Of a stretch of DNA of 64,000 nucleotides, positions 9,015-18,993 are shown one piece after another; position 1 is the stretch's first letter, and every line of letters begins with the position of its first letter. The DNA lies in contig JAQTZF010000001.1 in NCBI GenBank assembly GCA_028687915.1, positions 354,634 to 418,633 on the forward strand. Direction: 5' to 3'. The translations under genes and the position numbers were made by a program. The notes under the pieces are model-generated. The model searched no databases, was not told the origin of the DNA, and saw only the letters and a list, made by a program, of their open reading frames with translations. This DNA is from Candidatus Daviesbacteria bacterium. Lineage in GTDB: Bacteria > Patescibacteriota > Microgenomatia > Daviesbacterales > UBA10151.

Positions 9015-9090
9015 ATCAAAATACAAAGGAGGTGGTAACTATTTGATTGATATTGTTAATGTAGCCTCAAACTGATATGATCTATCGAGT

Positions 9091-10410
9091 ATGTCAAGAA
9101 CATTAATTATTGATTGTAATAACAAAGTTGGTGAAAAAGTTACCATTTGTGGGTTTGTACAAACCCGACGTGACCATGGGAAAATTGTTTTTTTAGATAT
9201 TTTGGATAGATCCGGATTAATTCAGGTAGTGGCTATGGGAGATATGGCATTAGGCTTAAATTCTCAGGATGTAGTTTGTATAGAAGGAACTGTTAGTAAC
9301 CGTCCCGAACATATGATAAATAAAAATTTATCAACAGGAGAAATAGAATTCCAGGCAGAAAAAATAGAGATTCTTTCAAAAGCAGAAGACTTGCCTTTTG
9401 ATATGGGTGTTAAAGACTTAGATTTACAACTCCCAACACTTTTAGATTTTAGGTCTTTGACCTTAAGGTTTCCTAAAGTTAAAGATATTTTTAGAGTACA
9501 AGCAGCTCTTTTAGATGGTTTTAGAAATGCTGCAAAAAAATTAGATTGTGTAGAAATTATTGTTCCAACTATATCCGCTGGTTCAACAGAAGGTGGAGCA
9601 GAAGTTTTTAAAGTTGATTATTATGGACATAAAGGATTTTTAACTCAAAGTCCTCAGCTTTATAAACAGATGATGGTGCCGGTTTATGAACGTGTTTTTA
9701 CCATTGCCAAAGCCTATCGGGCAGAGCCTTCTGTGACTACTTACCACTTATCTGAATCAACACAAATGGATTGCGAATTTGGCTTTGTTAAATTTGAAGA
9801 TCTGCTAAATTATCTGGAAACTGTGGCAGTTGAAATGATAAATGAATCTGCAAAAAATTGCGAAAGTATCTTAAAAGAATTTGATGTTCCAATGCCAAAA
9901 TTTGGGAAAATTCCTCGTTTAACTTTAAGAGAAGCCCAGGAAGTTATTTATAAAGAAACAGGAAGGGACGTTCGTCAGGAAAAAGATCTGGCACGCCAAG
10001 ATGAGGTTGATATTTGTGTTTGGGCTTTAAAAGAACATGGAAGTGATTTAGTGACAATTACACATTTCCCAACAAAGAAACGTGCTTTTTACACAAAGCC
10101 AGATCCAGCTAATCCAGAGTTTAGTTTAAGTTATGATATTTTATTTCGTGGTTTAGAAATTTGTAGTGGTTCGCAAAGGATAAATGATTGTCAGGAGCTT
10201 AAAGATGCAATTATCGAAAGAGGGATGGATCCAAAAAACTTTGAGCTTTATCTACAAGCATTTAAATACGGAATGCCTCCTGAAGGAGGGTTCTCGTTTG
10301 GGTTGGAAAGAATAACAATGCATTTATTAAATCTTGCAAATGTTCGTGAAGCTTCTTTATTCCCAAGAGATATGGAAAGAGTTGATGTAAGATTATCAAC
10401 TTTAAAATGA
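9091..10410 (+). CDS. aspS: aspartate--tRNA ligase, short archaeal-type (probably non-discriminating)
   Basis: OB fold RDHGKIVF, TEGGAEVF, LTQSPQLYKQ, YRAE, GMPPEGGFSFGLER; 439 aa with no bacterial GAD insertion. Confidence 0.9.
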   Translation: MSRTLIIDCNNKVGEKVTICGFVQTRRDHGKIVFLDILDRSGLIQVVAMGDMALGLNSQDVVCIEGTVSNRPEHMINKNLSTGEIEFQAEKIEILSKAEDLPFDMGVKDLDLQLPTLLDFRSLTLRFPKVKDIFRVQAALLDGFRNAAKKLDCVEIIVPTISAGSTEGGAEVFKVDYYGHKGFLTQSPQLYKQMMVPVYERVFTIAKAYRAEPSVTTYHLSESTQMDCEFGFVKFEDLLNYLETVAVEMINESAKNCESILKEFDVPMPKFGKIPRLTLREAQEVIYKETGRDVRQEKDLARQDEVDICVWALKEHGSDLVTITHFPTKKRAFYTKPDPANPEFSLSYDILFRGLEICSGSQRINDCQELKDAIIERGMDPKNFELYLQAFKYGMPPEGGFSFGLERITMHLLNLANVREASLFPRDMERVDVRLSTLK

Positions 10411-11333
10411 TGTCTTTCTTTTATAGCCTGCTTATTATTTTTGCTTCAGTAAATATACTTTTGGTGTCCCCTAAAGCTGTGAATATGGCAGAAAAATTGG
10501 TTGAAACTCAAAGTATACCCACAAATAATATTGTGGAAGGTGGCTCAAAAGTAAAAGGTACCAGTGCTATTATTCCAAGATTAAAAGAAAACTTTACTAG
10601 TGTGCCTTATGTTAGTGCAACGGCACTTGTTGTAAAAGATACTTCTTCTAAAACATTATTGTATGTAAAAGATCCTGATAAAAGAGTTCCTATTGCTTCT
10701 ACCACTAAGATTATGACGGCCTTAGTGGCCAGTGAATATTTTAAGCCGGCAGACGTGTTGACAGTAAAAACAACATCATTAGTTGGAGGTTCATCAATGG
10801 GTTTAAAACTAGGGGAAGAAATGACATTTAGAAGTTTGTTATATGGTATGCTTTTAAACTCAGGTAATGATGCAGCTTTTACCATTGCGGATAATTATCC
10901 TGGTGGAAAAGATAATTTCATTTTGGCAATGAATGAAAAAGCTAAGAGTTTGGGTCTAATTAACACTCATTTTGAAAATCCAGCTGGTTTTGATGGAGGA
11001 ACTCATTATTCGTCTGCTAATGATTTGGCGGTAATTGCTGAAGCCGCAATTACAAATTCTCAATTTTCCAGAATTGTTTCTACAAAAGATACAGTAGTTT
11101 TTTCAATAGATAAACAATCAGAACACTCTTTAAAAAACTTAAATAAATTGTTAAGTTTACCAGGATTTTTAGGAATTAAAACTGGAACTACTCCTATAGC
11201 CAAGGAAAATTTAGTTGCTTTAGTTGAAAGAAATGGTAGGAAGATATTAACTGTTGTTTTGGGTAGTGATGATCGTTTCACTGAAACTGAAAAAATTATT
11301 GACTGGTCTTACAGTAACTTTATTTGGGAATAA
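10407..11333 (+). CDS. D-alanyl-D-alanine carboxypeptidase (peptidase S11)
   Basis: ASTTK (SxxK), SGN, KTG motifs; N-terminal signal/TM. Confidence 0.92.
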   Translation: MMSFFYSLLIIFASVNILLVSPKAVNMAEKLVETQSIPTNNIVEGGSKVKGTSAIIPRLKENFTSVPYVSATALVVKDTSSKTLLYVKDPDKRVPIASTTKIMTALVASEYFKPADVLTVKTTSLVGGSSMGLKLGEEMTFRSLLYGMLLNSGNDAAFTIADNYPGGKDNFILAMNEKAKSLGLINTHFENPAGFDGGTHYSSANDLAVIAEAAITNSQFSRIVSTKDTVVFSIDKQSEHSLKNLNKLLSLPGFLGIKTGTTPIAKENLVALVERNGRKILTVVLGSDDRFTETEKIIDWSYSNFIWE

Positions 11334-11336
11334 ATC

Positions 11337-12338
11337 TTAATCTATCTTTATAGCAGGTACGAGTGCTGTAAAGAGCGGACCTTCAAAAACATAAACTGGT
11401 TGAAGATATGGTGTGTATTCTTCTGATTCAAAATATGCTAAATATGCTTTGATGATAGAAACCTTTGCATTAGTAGGTACTTGCGTAATGTAACCCTGAC
11501 CTAATTTTAATTCTTCAAAAGCATTTTCAATTGGCTGTAAAGGATAGGTGGCAAAAGTTGTTTTATCGATTTGCCAATAAGTATAATTTACTTCAGTGAA
11601 TCGGTTAGATTCATTATTAGGATTAGAAGTGGTTGCATTAACTAAACTAGCAGACGTTGAAGATGTTACTATCGGGACACCGTCAAAATCTGCAGGCCAA
11701 AGAGAAACAAGCGCGGAGTTGGAATTATTTGGTATGTTTTTATTGTATGCAACCTTACTCCTTCCGGTATTTAAATCATCGTTTGATACTCCATTCATTT
11801 TGAGTAAATCTTTAAAGGCGTTAACTAATTGATCTGGATTAATAAAAGTTGTATCTATTTTTGCAGAAGCGGTAGCAACTTGCTTCTGAAAATTAAAATT
11901 TCCGCTAATTAAATCAATAATAAACTTGCCATTTGAATCATCTTTATATTGATAAGTAGTGGGATTTAATACTTCTCGTGACCCATTAAAACCAAATTTA
12001 CCGGCTAACTTTTGAGATTCATCAGGTGCAAGTAGGGAAACAATATTTGCTCTTGGAATAAAATAAACTTTAATAATTTTGGGCATCTGTAAAAAACTAC
12101 CAGTTTCTGTATCCAGGGAGTATGAGTAATTTGATGAAGAAACGATGGATTTTGGAAAAACAATTTTTGGCAAGGTTCCAAATTTTAGATTTGGTTTTTC
12201 TTCAACAATTGGTAGAGTGGATTGGTAATAGTTATACCAGACACGATAACCAATTGCAGTAACAGTGCCTAAAATAAGTAATGCAGTAAAGGTTAATACA
12301 CCTCGCTTGGTAATAATTGCAACTTGAGTTAATGTCAT
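11337..12338 (-). CDS. membrane-anchored hypothetical protein
   Basis: 333 aa ORF, single N-terminal TM, C-terminal YLQPVYVFEG. Confidence 0.75.
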   Translation of the reverse strand: MTLTQVAIITKRGVLTFTALLILGTVTAIGYRVWYNYYQSTLPIVEEKPNLKFGTLPKIVFPKSIVSSSNYSYSLDTETGSFLQMPKIIKVYFIPRANIVSLLAPDESQKLAGKFGFNGSREVLNPTTYQYKDDSNGKFIIDLISGNFNFQKQVATASAKIDTTFINPDQLVNAFKDLLKMNGVSNDDLNTGRSKVAYNKNIPNNSNSALVSLWPADFDGVPIVTSSTSASLVNATTSNPNNESNRFTEVNYTYWQIDKTTFATYPLQPIENAFEELKLGQGYITQVPTNAKVSIIKAYLAYFESEEYTPYLQPVYVFEGPLFTALVPAIKID

Positions 12339-12441
12339 GGCAGTAAGTTCATTATACAGGAATTAAGAGTAGACTGGTATAAGCGGAGCTTGAAAACTCA
12401 TTATATAGCGAAGCTTTCAAACTTCGTTTATAATATCAGTT

Positions 12442-13902
12442 ATGGAAGTACGTACAAGAATAGCACCATCGCCAACAGGTTATGCCCACTTGGGTACGAT
12501 TTATCAGGCAATGTTTGATTTTTGTTTAGCTAAGAAGGCTAAAGGGAAATTTATAGTCAGGATTGAAGATACAGATAGAGCAAGATTTGTTGAAGGAGCG
12601 GAAGAAGTTGTGTTTAGTGCTTTAGAATGGTTTGGTCTGACCCCGGATGAAGATCCAATAAAAGGTGGGCCTTTTGCTCCTTATAGACAATCTGAAAGAT
12701 TGGATATTTATCGAAAATATGTAAACCTGTTACTGGAAAAAGGCCATGCTTATCATTGTTTTTGTACGAAAGAGAGATTAGCAGAACTAAGGATTTCACA
12801 AGAAAAAGATAAACTCCCTCCTATGTATGATAAATGTTGTTTGGGGCTTAGTGCAGATCAAATAAAAGAAAATTTAGACAATAACATGCCCTATGTAATT
12901 AGAATGAAGATTCCAAAATCAGAAGTTATAAAAGTACACGATTCATTAGTGGGAGATATTGAATTTGACAGTAATCTTATTGATGACCAGGTGCTTTTAA
13001 AAGCTGATGGATTTCCTACATATCATTTAGCTGTTGTTGTAGATGATTATTTAATGAAGATAACAAATATAATCCGGGGTAAAGAATGGCTCCCTTCTAC
13101 ACCAAAGCATATTTTGCTTTACCGGTTTTTTGGATGGGAGGATTCTATACCAAAGTACACACACTTACCGGTTATTTTAAATGCTGATGGAAAAGGTAAG
13201 TTATCAAAAAGAGATGGACATGCATCTGTTGACTTCTATAAAAAAGAAGGTTTTTTGCCTGAGGCAATCTTAAATTATTTATCAAATATTGTTTGGAATC
13301 ATCCTGATGGTAAAGAAATTTATGATTTAAAGGAGCTGGAAAAGGCAATTGATATTAACAGTCCAAAGATCATTAATATTACTTCACAAGCTCCACGTTT
13401 TGATTTAAAAAAATTAGAATGGATGAATGGGGAATATATTAGAAAAATGAGTGATGAAGATTTAACTAAAAGATTAGAAGACTTTTTAGTAGATCATCCT
13501 GCTCCTGAAATAATAGCTCCTTTAGTACCTCTTGTTAAAGAAAGAATAAAGAAATTATCAGATTTTATTCTCTTAACTAATTTTATTACTGAAGCACCAG
13601 AATATGATATGGAAGTTTTTAAAAGAATTAAGGTTGAAAACCAAAAAGACGTTTTACAAAACATCTATGAAGAATTACAAAAAATGGAAAAGCCATGGAA
13701 GTCTGAAGTGTTTGAAAAAACATTTAAAGATTTAGCACAAAAACTGGATATAAAGGCAGGGGATATGTTTCAACTTATTAGAGTTGCTGTTTCTGGTCAA
13801 TTAGTGACACCTCCTTTGTTTGAAAGTATACAAATTTTAGGTGAAGAGGAAACAATAAAAAGAGTTGCAAGCGTTGTACAAAAGTATCCACTTTTTGATT
13901 AG
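12442..13902 (+). CDS. gltX: glutamate--tRNA ligase
   Basis: RIAPSPTG, HLG, RIEDTD, KLSKR motifs. Confidence 0.96.
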   Translation: MEVRTRIAPSPTGYAHLGTIYQAMFDFCLAKKAKGKFIVRIEDTDRARFVEGAEEVVFSALEWFGLTPDEDPIKGGPFAPYRQSERLDIYRKYVNLLLEKGHAYHCFCTKERLAELRISQEKDKLPPMYDKCCLGLSADQIKENLDNNMPYVIRMKIPKSEVIKVHDSLVGDIEFDSNLIDDQVLLKADGFPTYHLAVVVDDYLMKITNIIRGKEWLPSTPKHILLYRFFGWEDSIPKYTHLPVILNADGKGKLSKRDGHASVDFYKKEGFLPEAILNYLSNIVWNHPDGKEIYDLKELEKAIDINSPKIINITSQAPRFDLKKLEWMNGEYIRKMSDEDLTKRLEDFLVDHPAPEIIAPLVPLVKERIKKLSDFILLTNFITEAPEYDMEVFKRIKVENQKDVLQNIYEELQKMEKPWKSEVFEKTFKDLAQKLDIKAGDMFQLIRVAVSGQLVTPPLFESIQILGEEETIKRVASVVQKYPLFD

Positions 13903-13929
13903 TCGTGCGTAAATTGATATAATTAACAA

Positions 13930-15186
13930 ATGGCACAATATATTATTGAAGGCGGAAATAAACTTAAAGGTAGGGTTAAAATTTCTGGTAATAAAAATGA
14001 GGTTTTGCCTTGTTTAGCTGCATGTTTATTAACAGAAGAAGAAGTAATTTTAAAGAATGTTCCTCAGACTGCAGATGTTGAATCATCTTTGGCAATATTT
14101 CAGGATCTTGGTGTAGGGATTTCTAAAGAAGATGGCATAGTTAGAATAAACTGTCAAAAGATTAATAAAACAGTTTTAAAAACTGATTTAGCAAATAAGC
14201 TAAGAGCTTCTATTTTGTTTGTTGGTCCTCTTTTGGCAAGATTTGGTAAAGTGGAATTTCCTCATCCAGGTGGTTGTGTAATTGGTAGAAGAAGTATTGA
14301 TACCCACTTAGATGGTTTTAAACACTTAGGTTTTAAATTTAATATACAGGATGTTAATAAAGGGAGTAGGAATGGAGCAGATTTTAAAGATCAAGAAATA
14401 TTTTTAGATGAACCATCTGTTACAGCAACAGAAAATATGATTTTAACATCTACACTTCTTCCAGCTGTCACTACTGTGAAAAATTGTGCTGTTGAACCTC
14501 ATGTTGTAGGACTATGTAAAATGTTAAAAAAGATGGGTGCTGAAATAGATGGGATAGGAACACAAACAATAAAAATTAGTGGTGGTAAAAAACTTTCAGG
14601 ATGTGAATACACAATTGGATTAGATAATGTTGAATTCGGAACATATGCAATAGCAGCAGCAGTTACTAATGGAGAAATTGAAATTGAAGGAGATGATCTT
14701 GATGGATTGGAGCCAATTATTAGACCATTTGAGAAAATGGGAGTTAAATTTGAAAAAACAGATTCTGGGATTAAGGTTTCTGCTGGTTCTTTAAAGGCTG
14801 TTCCACAGATACGGGTGAATGTGTGGCCTGGCTTTCCAACAGATATGATGAGTGCTGCCATAGTCCTGGCAACTCAATCTAAAGGAGTAACACTTTGTCA
14901 TGATTGGATGTATGAATCAAGAATGTTTTTTGTAGATAAGTTAATTACAATGGGAGCCAATATAACTTTAGCAGATCCACATCGAGTTATAGTTTCAGGA
15001 TGCAGCAAGTTAAGAGGTAAGAATTTGGATACACCAGATCTTCGAGCAGGAATGGCTCTGGTATTGGCAGCTTTAAGCGCAAAAGGCACAAGTGTGATTA
15101 ATAAAGCAGAACTCATTGAACGTGGTTATGAAGATGTGGTTTATAAACTAACTGAACTCGGAGCTTCTATAAAAAGGGTAGAATAA
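13930..15186 (+). CDS. murA: UDP-N-acetylglucosamine 1-carboxyvinyltransferase
   Basis: LRAS, PGGCVIGRR, PGFPTD, DLRAG, IERGY motifs. Confidence 0.96.
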   Translation: MAQYIIEGGNKLKGRVKISGNKNEVLPCLAACLLTEEEVILKNVPQTADVESSLAIFQDLGVGISKEDGIVRINCQKINKTVLKTDLANKLRASILFVGPLLARFGKVEFPHPGGCVIGRRSIDTHLDGFKHLGFKFNIQDVNKGSRNGADFKDQEIFLDEPSVTATENMILTSTLLPAVTTVKNCAVEPHVVGLCKMLKKMGAEIDGIGTQTIKISGGKKLSGCEYTIGLDNVEFGTYAIAAAVTNGEIEIEGDDLDGLEPIIRPFEKMGVKFEKTDSGIKVSAGSLKAVPQIRVNVWPGFPTDMMSAAIVLATQSKGVTLCHDWMYESRMFFVDKLITMGANITLADPHRVIVSGCSKLRGKNLDTPDLRAGMALVLAALSAKGTSVINKAELIERGYEDVVYKLTELGASIKRVE

Positions 15187-15525
15187 TTAACCCAATTTAC
15201 TTACAAACCAATTTAAAAGGGAAAGAACAATTCCAAAAAGAAATGCTGACCAGAAACTATCAATTCTAAATCCTGGCACAATGAGTGTTGCCAGCATAAT
15301 TAATACAGCGTTAATAATTAAAGTAAAAAGTCCTAAGCTTAAAATATTAATGGGTAGAGTAAGTAATAAAAGTATTGGTTTTAAGATAGCGTTAATAATT
15401 CCTAAAACAACTGCAATTATTAAGGCAGTGTAAAAGTTATCAACATGAACACCTTTGTCCTGGAAAAGATAAGCAGCCATAAAGATAACAAAACCGCTAA
15501 TGAGCCAATTCAGGATTATCTTCAT
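15187..15525 (-). CDS. 4-TM phage-holin-family-like (YvlD-like) membrane protein
   Basis: LKPILLLLTLPINILSLGLFTLIINA signature. Confidence 0.85.
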   Translation of the reverse strand: MKIILNWLISGFVIFMAAYLFQDKGVHVDNFYTALIIAVVLGIINAILKPILLLLTLPINILSLGLFTLIINAVLIMLATLIVPGFRIDSFWSAFLFGIVLSLLNWFVSKLG

Positions 15526-15574
15526 ATATAAATGATAAACAAAAAAGGGTTAAAAAACAACTACTTTTGAAGTG

Positions 15575-15841
15575 TTATTTTAAGGATAGAGCAAGAAGTT
15601 TATCTTCTGCAGTTTTTTCTAGACGCTTTTGTCTTGCCATTTCCTGTTCGTTTTTAAGCTCAATTCTTTTAGATGTTCTTTTATCAATTTCATCCTGACA
15701 AACTTTGTTTGAACAACGGTATGTATTTTGGGTCATGGGAGCAAAGCTGCGTTCTGATTTTAACGTAGTGGTTTTTTGCAAGACTAAATCTTCCCCACAC
15801 TGATTGCATTTACGAACGATATCTGAAGATGAATTATTCAA
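15575..15841 (-). CDS. small zinc-ribbon hypothetical protein
   Basis: CNQC...CSNKVC followed by a charged helix; TTG start after TGaTATACT. Confidence 0.65.
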   Translation of the reverse strand: MNNSSSDIVRKCNQCGEDLVLQKTTTLKSERSFAPMTQNTYRCSNKVCQDEIDKRTSKRIELKNEQEMARQKRLEKTAEDKLLALSLK

Positions 15842-15872
15842 CGTTTTGGTAGTATATCACATTTAGGCACTT

Positions 15873-16040
15873 TTAGCCAGAGGAAAGTTTATATCCAATA
15901 AATATGCCGATTATTGCGCCAATGCCACTAGTTAATACGCTTATATAAGAAATCATATCACCTCCAAAAAGAACTGGTAAATAACCTCCTAAGCTTGAAC
16001 CAATAAACATACCTAAAAAAATAAGGAACTTTGAGTTCAT
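15873..16040 (-). CDS. 55-aa Gly-rich two-helix membrane protein (below ORF track cutoff)
   Basis: Hand translation MNSKFLIFLGMFIGSSLGGYLPVLFGGDMISYISVLTSGIGAIIGIFIGYKLSSG; fills the intergenic gap; GxxxG repeats. Confidence 0.7.
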   Translation of the reverse strand: MNSKFLIFLGMFIGSSLGGYLPVLFGGDMISYISVLTSGIGAIIGIFIGYKLSSG

Positions 16041-16102
16041 AATTATTTTTTACTCTTTATATTACAGAATTATTGTATCACAGAAAAATGTTAAGATTAT
16101 TT

Positions 16103-17572
16103 ATGATCAAATTTATCAAACAGATACTTAAAAAGCACTATCTTTTCATTATTATTTTTCTGATTGCGCTTATCTTACGGCTTTATCGTATTGATTATTT
16201 AACTACATTTGGAAGAGATCAAGGTATAGATTATTTATCTATTAAAGATATGATTATAAATCACAAGCTAACTTTAATCGGCATTAAGGTAAGTTTGGCA
16301 GACTTTTTTCAGGGTCCTGTATATCTTTATTTATTAGCACCTTTATTTTATGTAATGAAACTTAATCCTTTAGCTGGAGCATACACAGCAGTAATTATTT
16401 CATTATTTACTATTTTGATTCTTTATTATGTAGTTTTTAAAATGTTTAATGTTAGAGCAGCTAATTTAGCAACGTCTTTTTTTGCTGTATCACCTCAGTT
16501 AGTTGCTTTTGGAAATACACCTCTTTATCAAAATTTTACTCCTTTATTTATTCTGTTGGGAGTCTGGTGCTTATATCAGGCTTTATTGGTAAATAAAGAA
16601 AGTAGTCACAAGAGATATTTTTTTATATTTTTAACAGGAATTTTTATTGGAATTGGTTTAGAGCTACATTTTTTAATTATTACTTTAGCCTTGGCAGTAT
16701 TAATATATATTATGGGTACTGGAAGTTTTATTAAAAGTATAATCTTTTATCTATTTGGATTATTAATTTCACTTAGTCCAACAATTTTATTTGAATTAAA
16801 ACATGACTTTTTAAATATTCATCTTCTGATTAATTATTTTAATAATAGTAAACAAATTTCTTTACCATTTTTATCTGTATGGGGAGAGAGGTTAAATTAT
16901 TTTGCTATTCATGATTATAACTATCTAATTATTGCGCCAGTATTATTATTTATCTTATCTTTAGTAAAAAATAATCAATTTTCTGTTAACTCCAATTTTT
17001 TAAAAAAGCTATCCTTAATTACATTTTTTATAATTTTTATATTTGCTATTAGTTTAAGTAGTTTTGGAACACATTATTTATTACCTTTATTGATGTTGTT
17101 GTTAATTATTATTTCTGTATATTTATCTTCATTGAGACCGAGTAAGTTTATAAATATTACTTGCTTTATTTTTCTGGGTCTAAATCTTCTAATTACATTA
17201 TCACAACTTAATAATAATCATGGATACTTTATGCCAGATGGATGGAGTCTTAAAAAGATAGATCAGGTTTCACGCATTATTATTGAGAGTGCTTCTATTC
17301 ATCCTAATTATAATGTGGCTTCATTACTTGACGGGGACACAAGAACTTATCCTTTGCGCTTTGTTCTTTCTCTAAAAGGTAATGCTCCACAAGACTATAC
17401 ATCATATCCCCAAAATGATTATTTATATGTTGTAGATAGAGATGATATAAATAAAGTTATAAATTCCAATGTTTGGGAAATAAATTCAATGAAGCCTTTT
17501 AATATAGAACAAGCTTGGCAGATGGATGATGGTATTAGTCTTTATCTTTTAGCTAGAGTTAAGAATATCTAA
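16103..17572 (+). CDS. GT-C fold integral membrane glycosyltransferase (ArnT/PMT-like)
   Basis: LRLYRI...FGRDQG loop after TM1, GPVYLYL, many TMs; start re-called to ATG 16103 after TGtTAAGAT. Confidence 0.75.
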   Translation: MIKFIKQILKKHYLFIIIFLIALILRLYRIDYLTTFGRDQGIDYLSIKDMIINHKLTLIGIKVSLADFFQGPVYLYLLAPLFYVMKLNPLAGAYTAVIISLFTILILYYVVFKMFNVRAANLATSFFAVSPQLVAFGNTPLYQNFTPLFILLGVWCLYQALLVNKESSHKRYFFIFLTGIFIGIGLELHFLIITLALAVLIYIMGTGSFIKSIIFYLFGLLISLSPTILFELKHDFLNIHLLINYFNNSKQISLPFLSVWGERLNYFAIHDYNYLIIAPVLLFILSLVKNNQFSVNSNFLKKLSLITFFIIFIFAISLSSFGTHYLLPLLMLLLIIISVYLSSLRPSKFINITCFIFLGLNLLITLSQLNNNHGYFMPDGWSLKKIDQVSRIIIESASIHPNYNVASLLDGDTRTYPLRFVLSLKGNAPQDYTSYPQNDYLYVVDRDDINKVINSNVWEINSMKPFNIEQAWQMDDGISLYLLARVKNI

Positions 17573-18993
17573 TTAGACTTAACTACATATTTAGAAAATA
17601 TATATAATTCTTCTCCATATTTTTGAACTGTGTAATTTGAATCCTCCAAAAGTTGATCTTTTAAATTTTTTACACTGTCGTATCTTAACGGAGAAAATGC
17701 ATTTGGTGTTTGTCCTGGTGTGAGGTTTAAAACTATATAATCTGGATTAATAACTTTGTAATCAGGTCTAAATGTTTTAACATTTTGATGAGATAATCTT
17801 CCAGCCAGATCATTTTGGGTATAGATTACACCATCTTTAGGTATATTTTTTAAAAAGTCATCGACATATCGAGAATATTCATTTTGCTTATAAAAGTCAG
17901 GATTATAAAATAGTCCTAATGGTCCTCTTAAAATAAAACGATGTAATACTATGTTAGAAAATATAATTGTTAGAGCTAAAAGGGTAACTAATTTAGTATG
18001 TTTAAATTTATTTTCTAATATTTTAAAAATAGCTAATGCTCCAATAAATAATAAAGGAGAAAGGGGTGAATTATAATGCATTCCTAAATCCCAACGGGAA
18101 GAAAACGATGAAAGGACAAATCTTTCTAAAAAGTTTTCAAAGATTGCAGGAATAATTGTTATGTCAAAAATTGGTAAAAATCCAAAAGTTGCAAAAGAAT
18201 ATAACATAGTTTTGTATTTTAGATCAGGAAATAAAAAGGAGTTAATAAGACTAATAGGGTTATTAGGAAGGTTAGAACTAGAGTATAGATAAATACCTTG
18301 TGAAAAATAAGGAATAACTACTTTTAATGCCAAGTATCCCCAAACTAAGCTAATTAAAATTGTGAGCAGTGCTATTTTTTTGTTAGCTCTATCTTTAAGA
18401 TATATGTATAAACCAATACCTACTCCCAGTCCGGCAAAAGATTCTTTTAAACCAAGTAATATTATTAACATAATAAAATACCAAATCCATTTTTTTTGAT
18501 AGATAAATAAAAATATTAACATCAAAGGTAAAACAGAAAGTGTGGTGTCGTGAAATTCAGAGATCAGAGCATTCTGCAGGCCAACATAACCTAAGAAAGC
18601 AACAATGAGTGCGAAAATAGCCAAATTACTTTTTAAAGTTTTTTTAGCTAAAAAGTAAGCAATAAGTGCTCCTATTCCCACTAATAAAGACTGAGCTATA
18701 AGTAAAATTTCTTGTCTATTTGTAAACCAATATAAAGGGGATAGTAAAAATACGCTGGGTGAGAAATGACTTGCAAAAATCATTACGTTTTTATCTCCCA
18801 GTTCATGATGATCAACGATGGGTAATTGAAAATGAGCAACTTTCCAAATTGCTGAATCTATTACACCAAAATCATAATAGGCAGTTTGATGCTGCCAATA
18901 TCTGTTTAAAGAAACTGTAATAGCTGCAAAAGTATATAAAACTATAAATAGAATAGTTAAATAATTTAAAATCTTACCAATATTTAATTTCAT
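17569..18993 (-). CDS. DUF2079-like polytopic membrane protein (GT-C-like)
   Basis: YDFGVIDSAIW, HFSP, EFH, LKE, HY motifs. Confidence 0.75.
   Translation of the reverse strand: MKLNIGKILNYLTILFIVLYTFAAITVSLNRYWQHQTAYYDFGVIDSAIWKVAHFQLPIVDHHELGDKNVMIFASHFSPSVFLLSPLYWFTNRQEILLIAQSLLVGIGALIAYFLAKKTLKSNLAIFALIVAFLGYVGLQNALISEFHDTTLSVLPLMLIFLFIYQKKWIWYFIMLIILLGLKESFAGLGVGIGLYIYLKDRANKKIALLTILISLVWGYLALKVVIPYFSQGIYLYSSSNLPNNPISLINSFLFPDLKYKTMLYSFATFGFLPIFDITIIPAIFENFLERFVLSSFSSRWDLGMHYNSPLSPLLFIGALAIFKILENKFKHTKLVTLLALTIIFSNIVLHRFILRGPLGLFYNPDFYKQNEYSRYVDDFLKNIPKDGVIYTQNDLAGRLSHQNVKTFRPDYKVINPDYIVLNLTPGQTPNAFSPLRYDSVKNLKDQLLEDSNYTVQKYGEELYIFSKYVVKSN

Noticed and set aside
15187-15525. Holin-like gene as evidence of a prophage
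   Set aside because: This family is common as a chromosomal membrane protein, and there is no endolysin, integrase or structural phage gene nearby.
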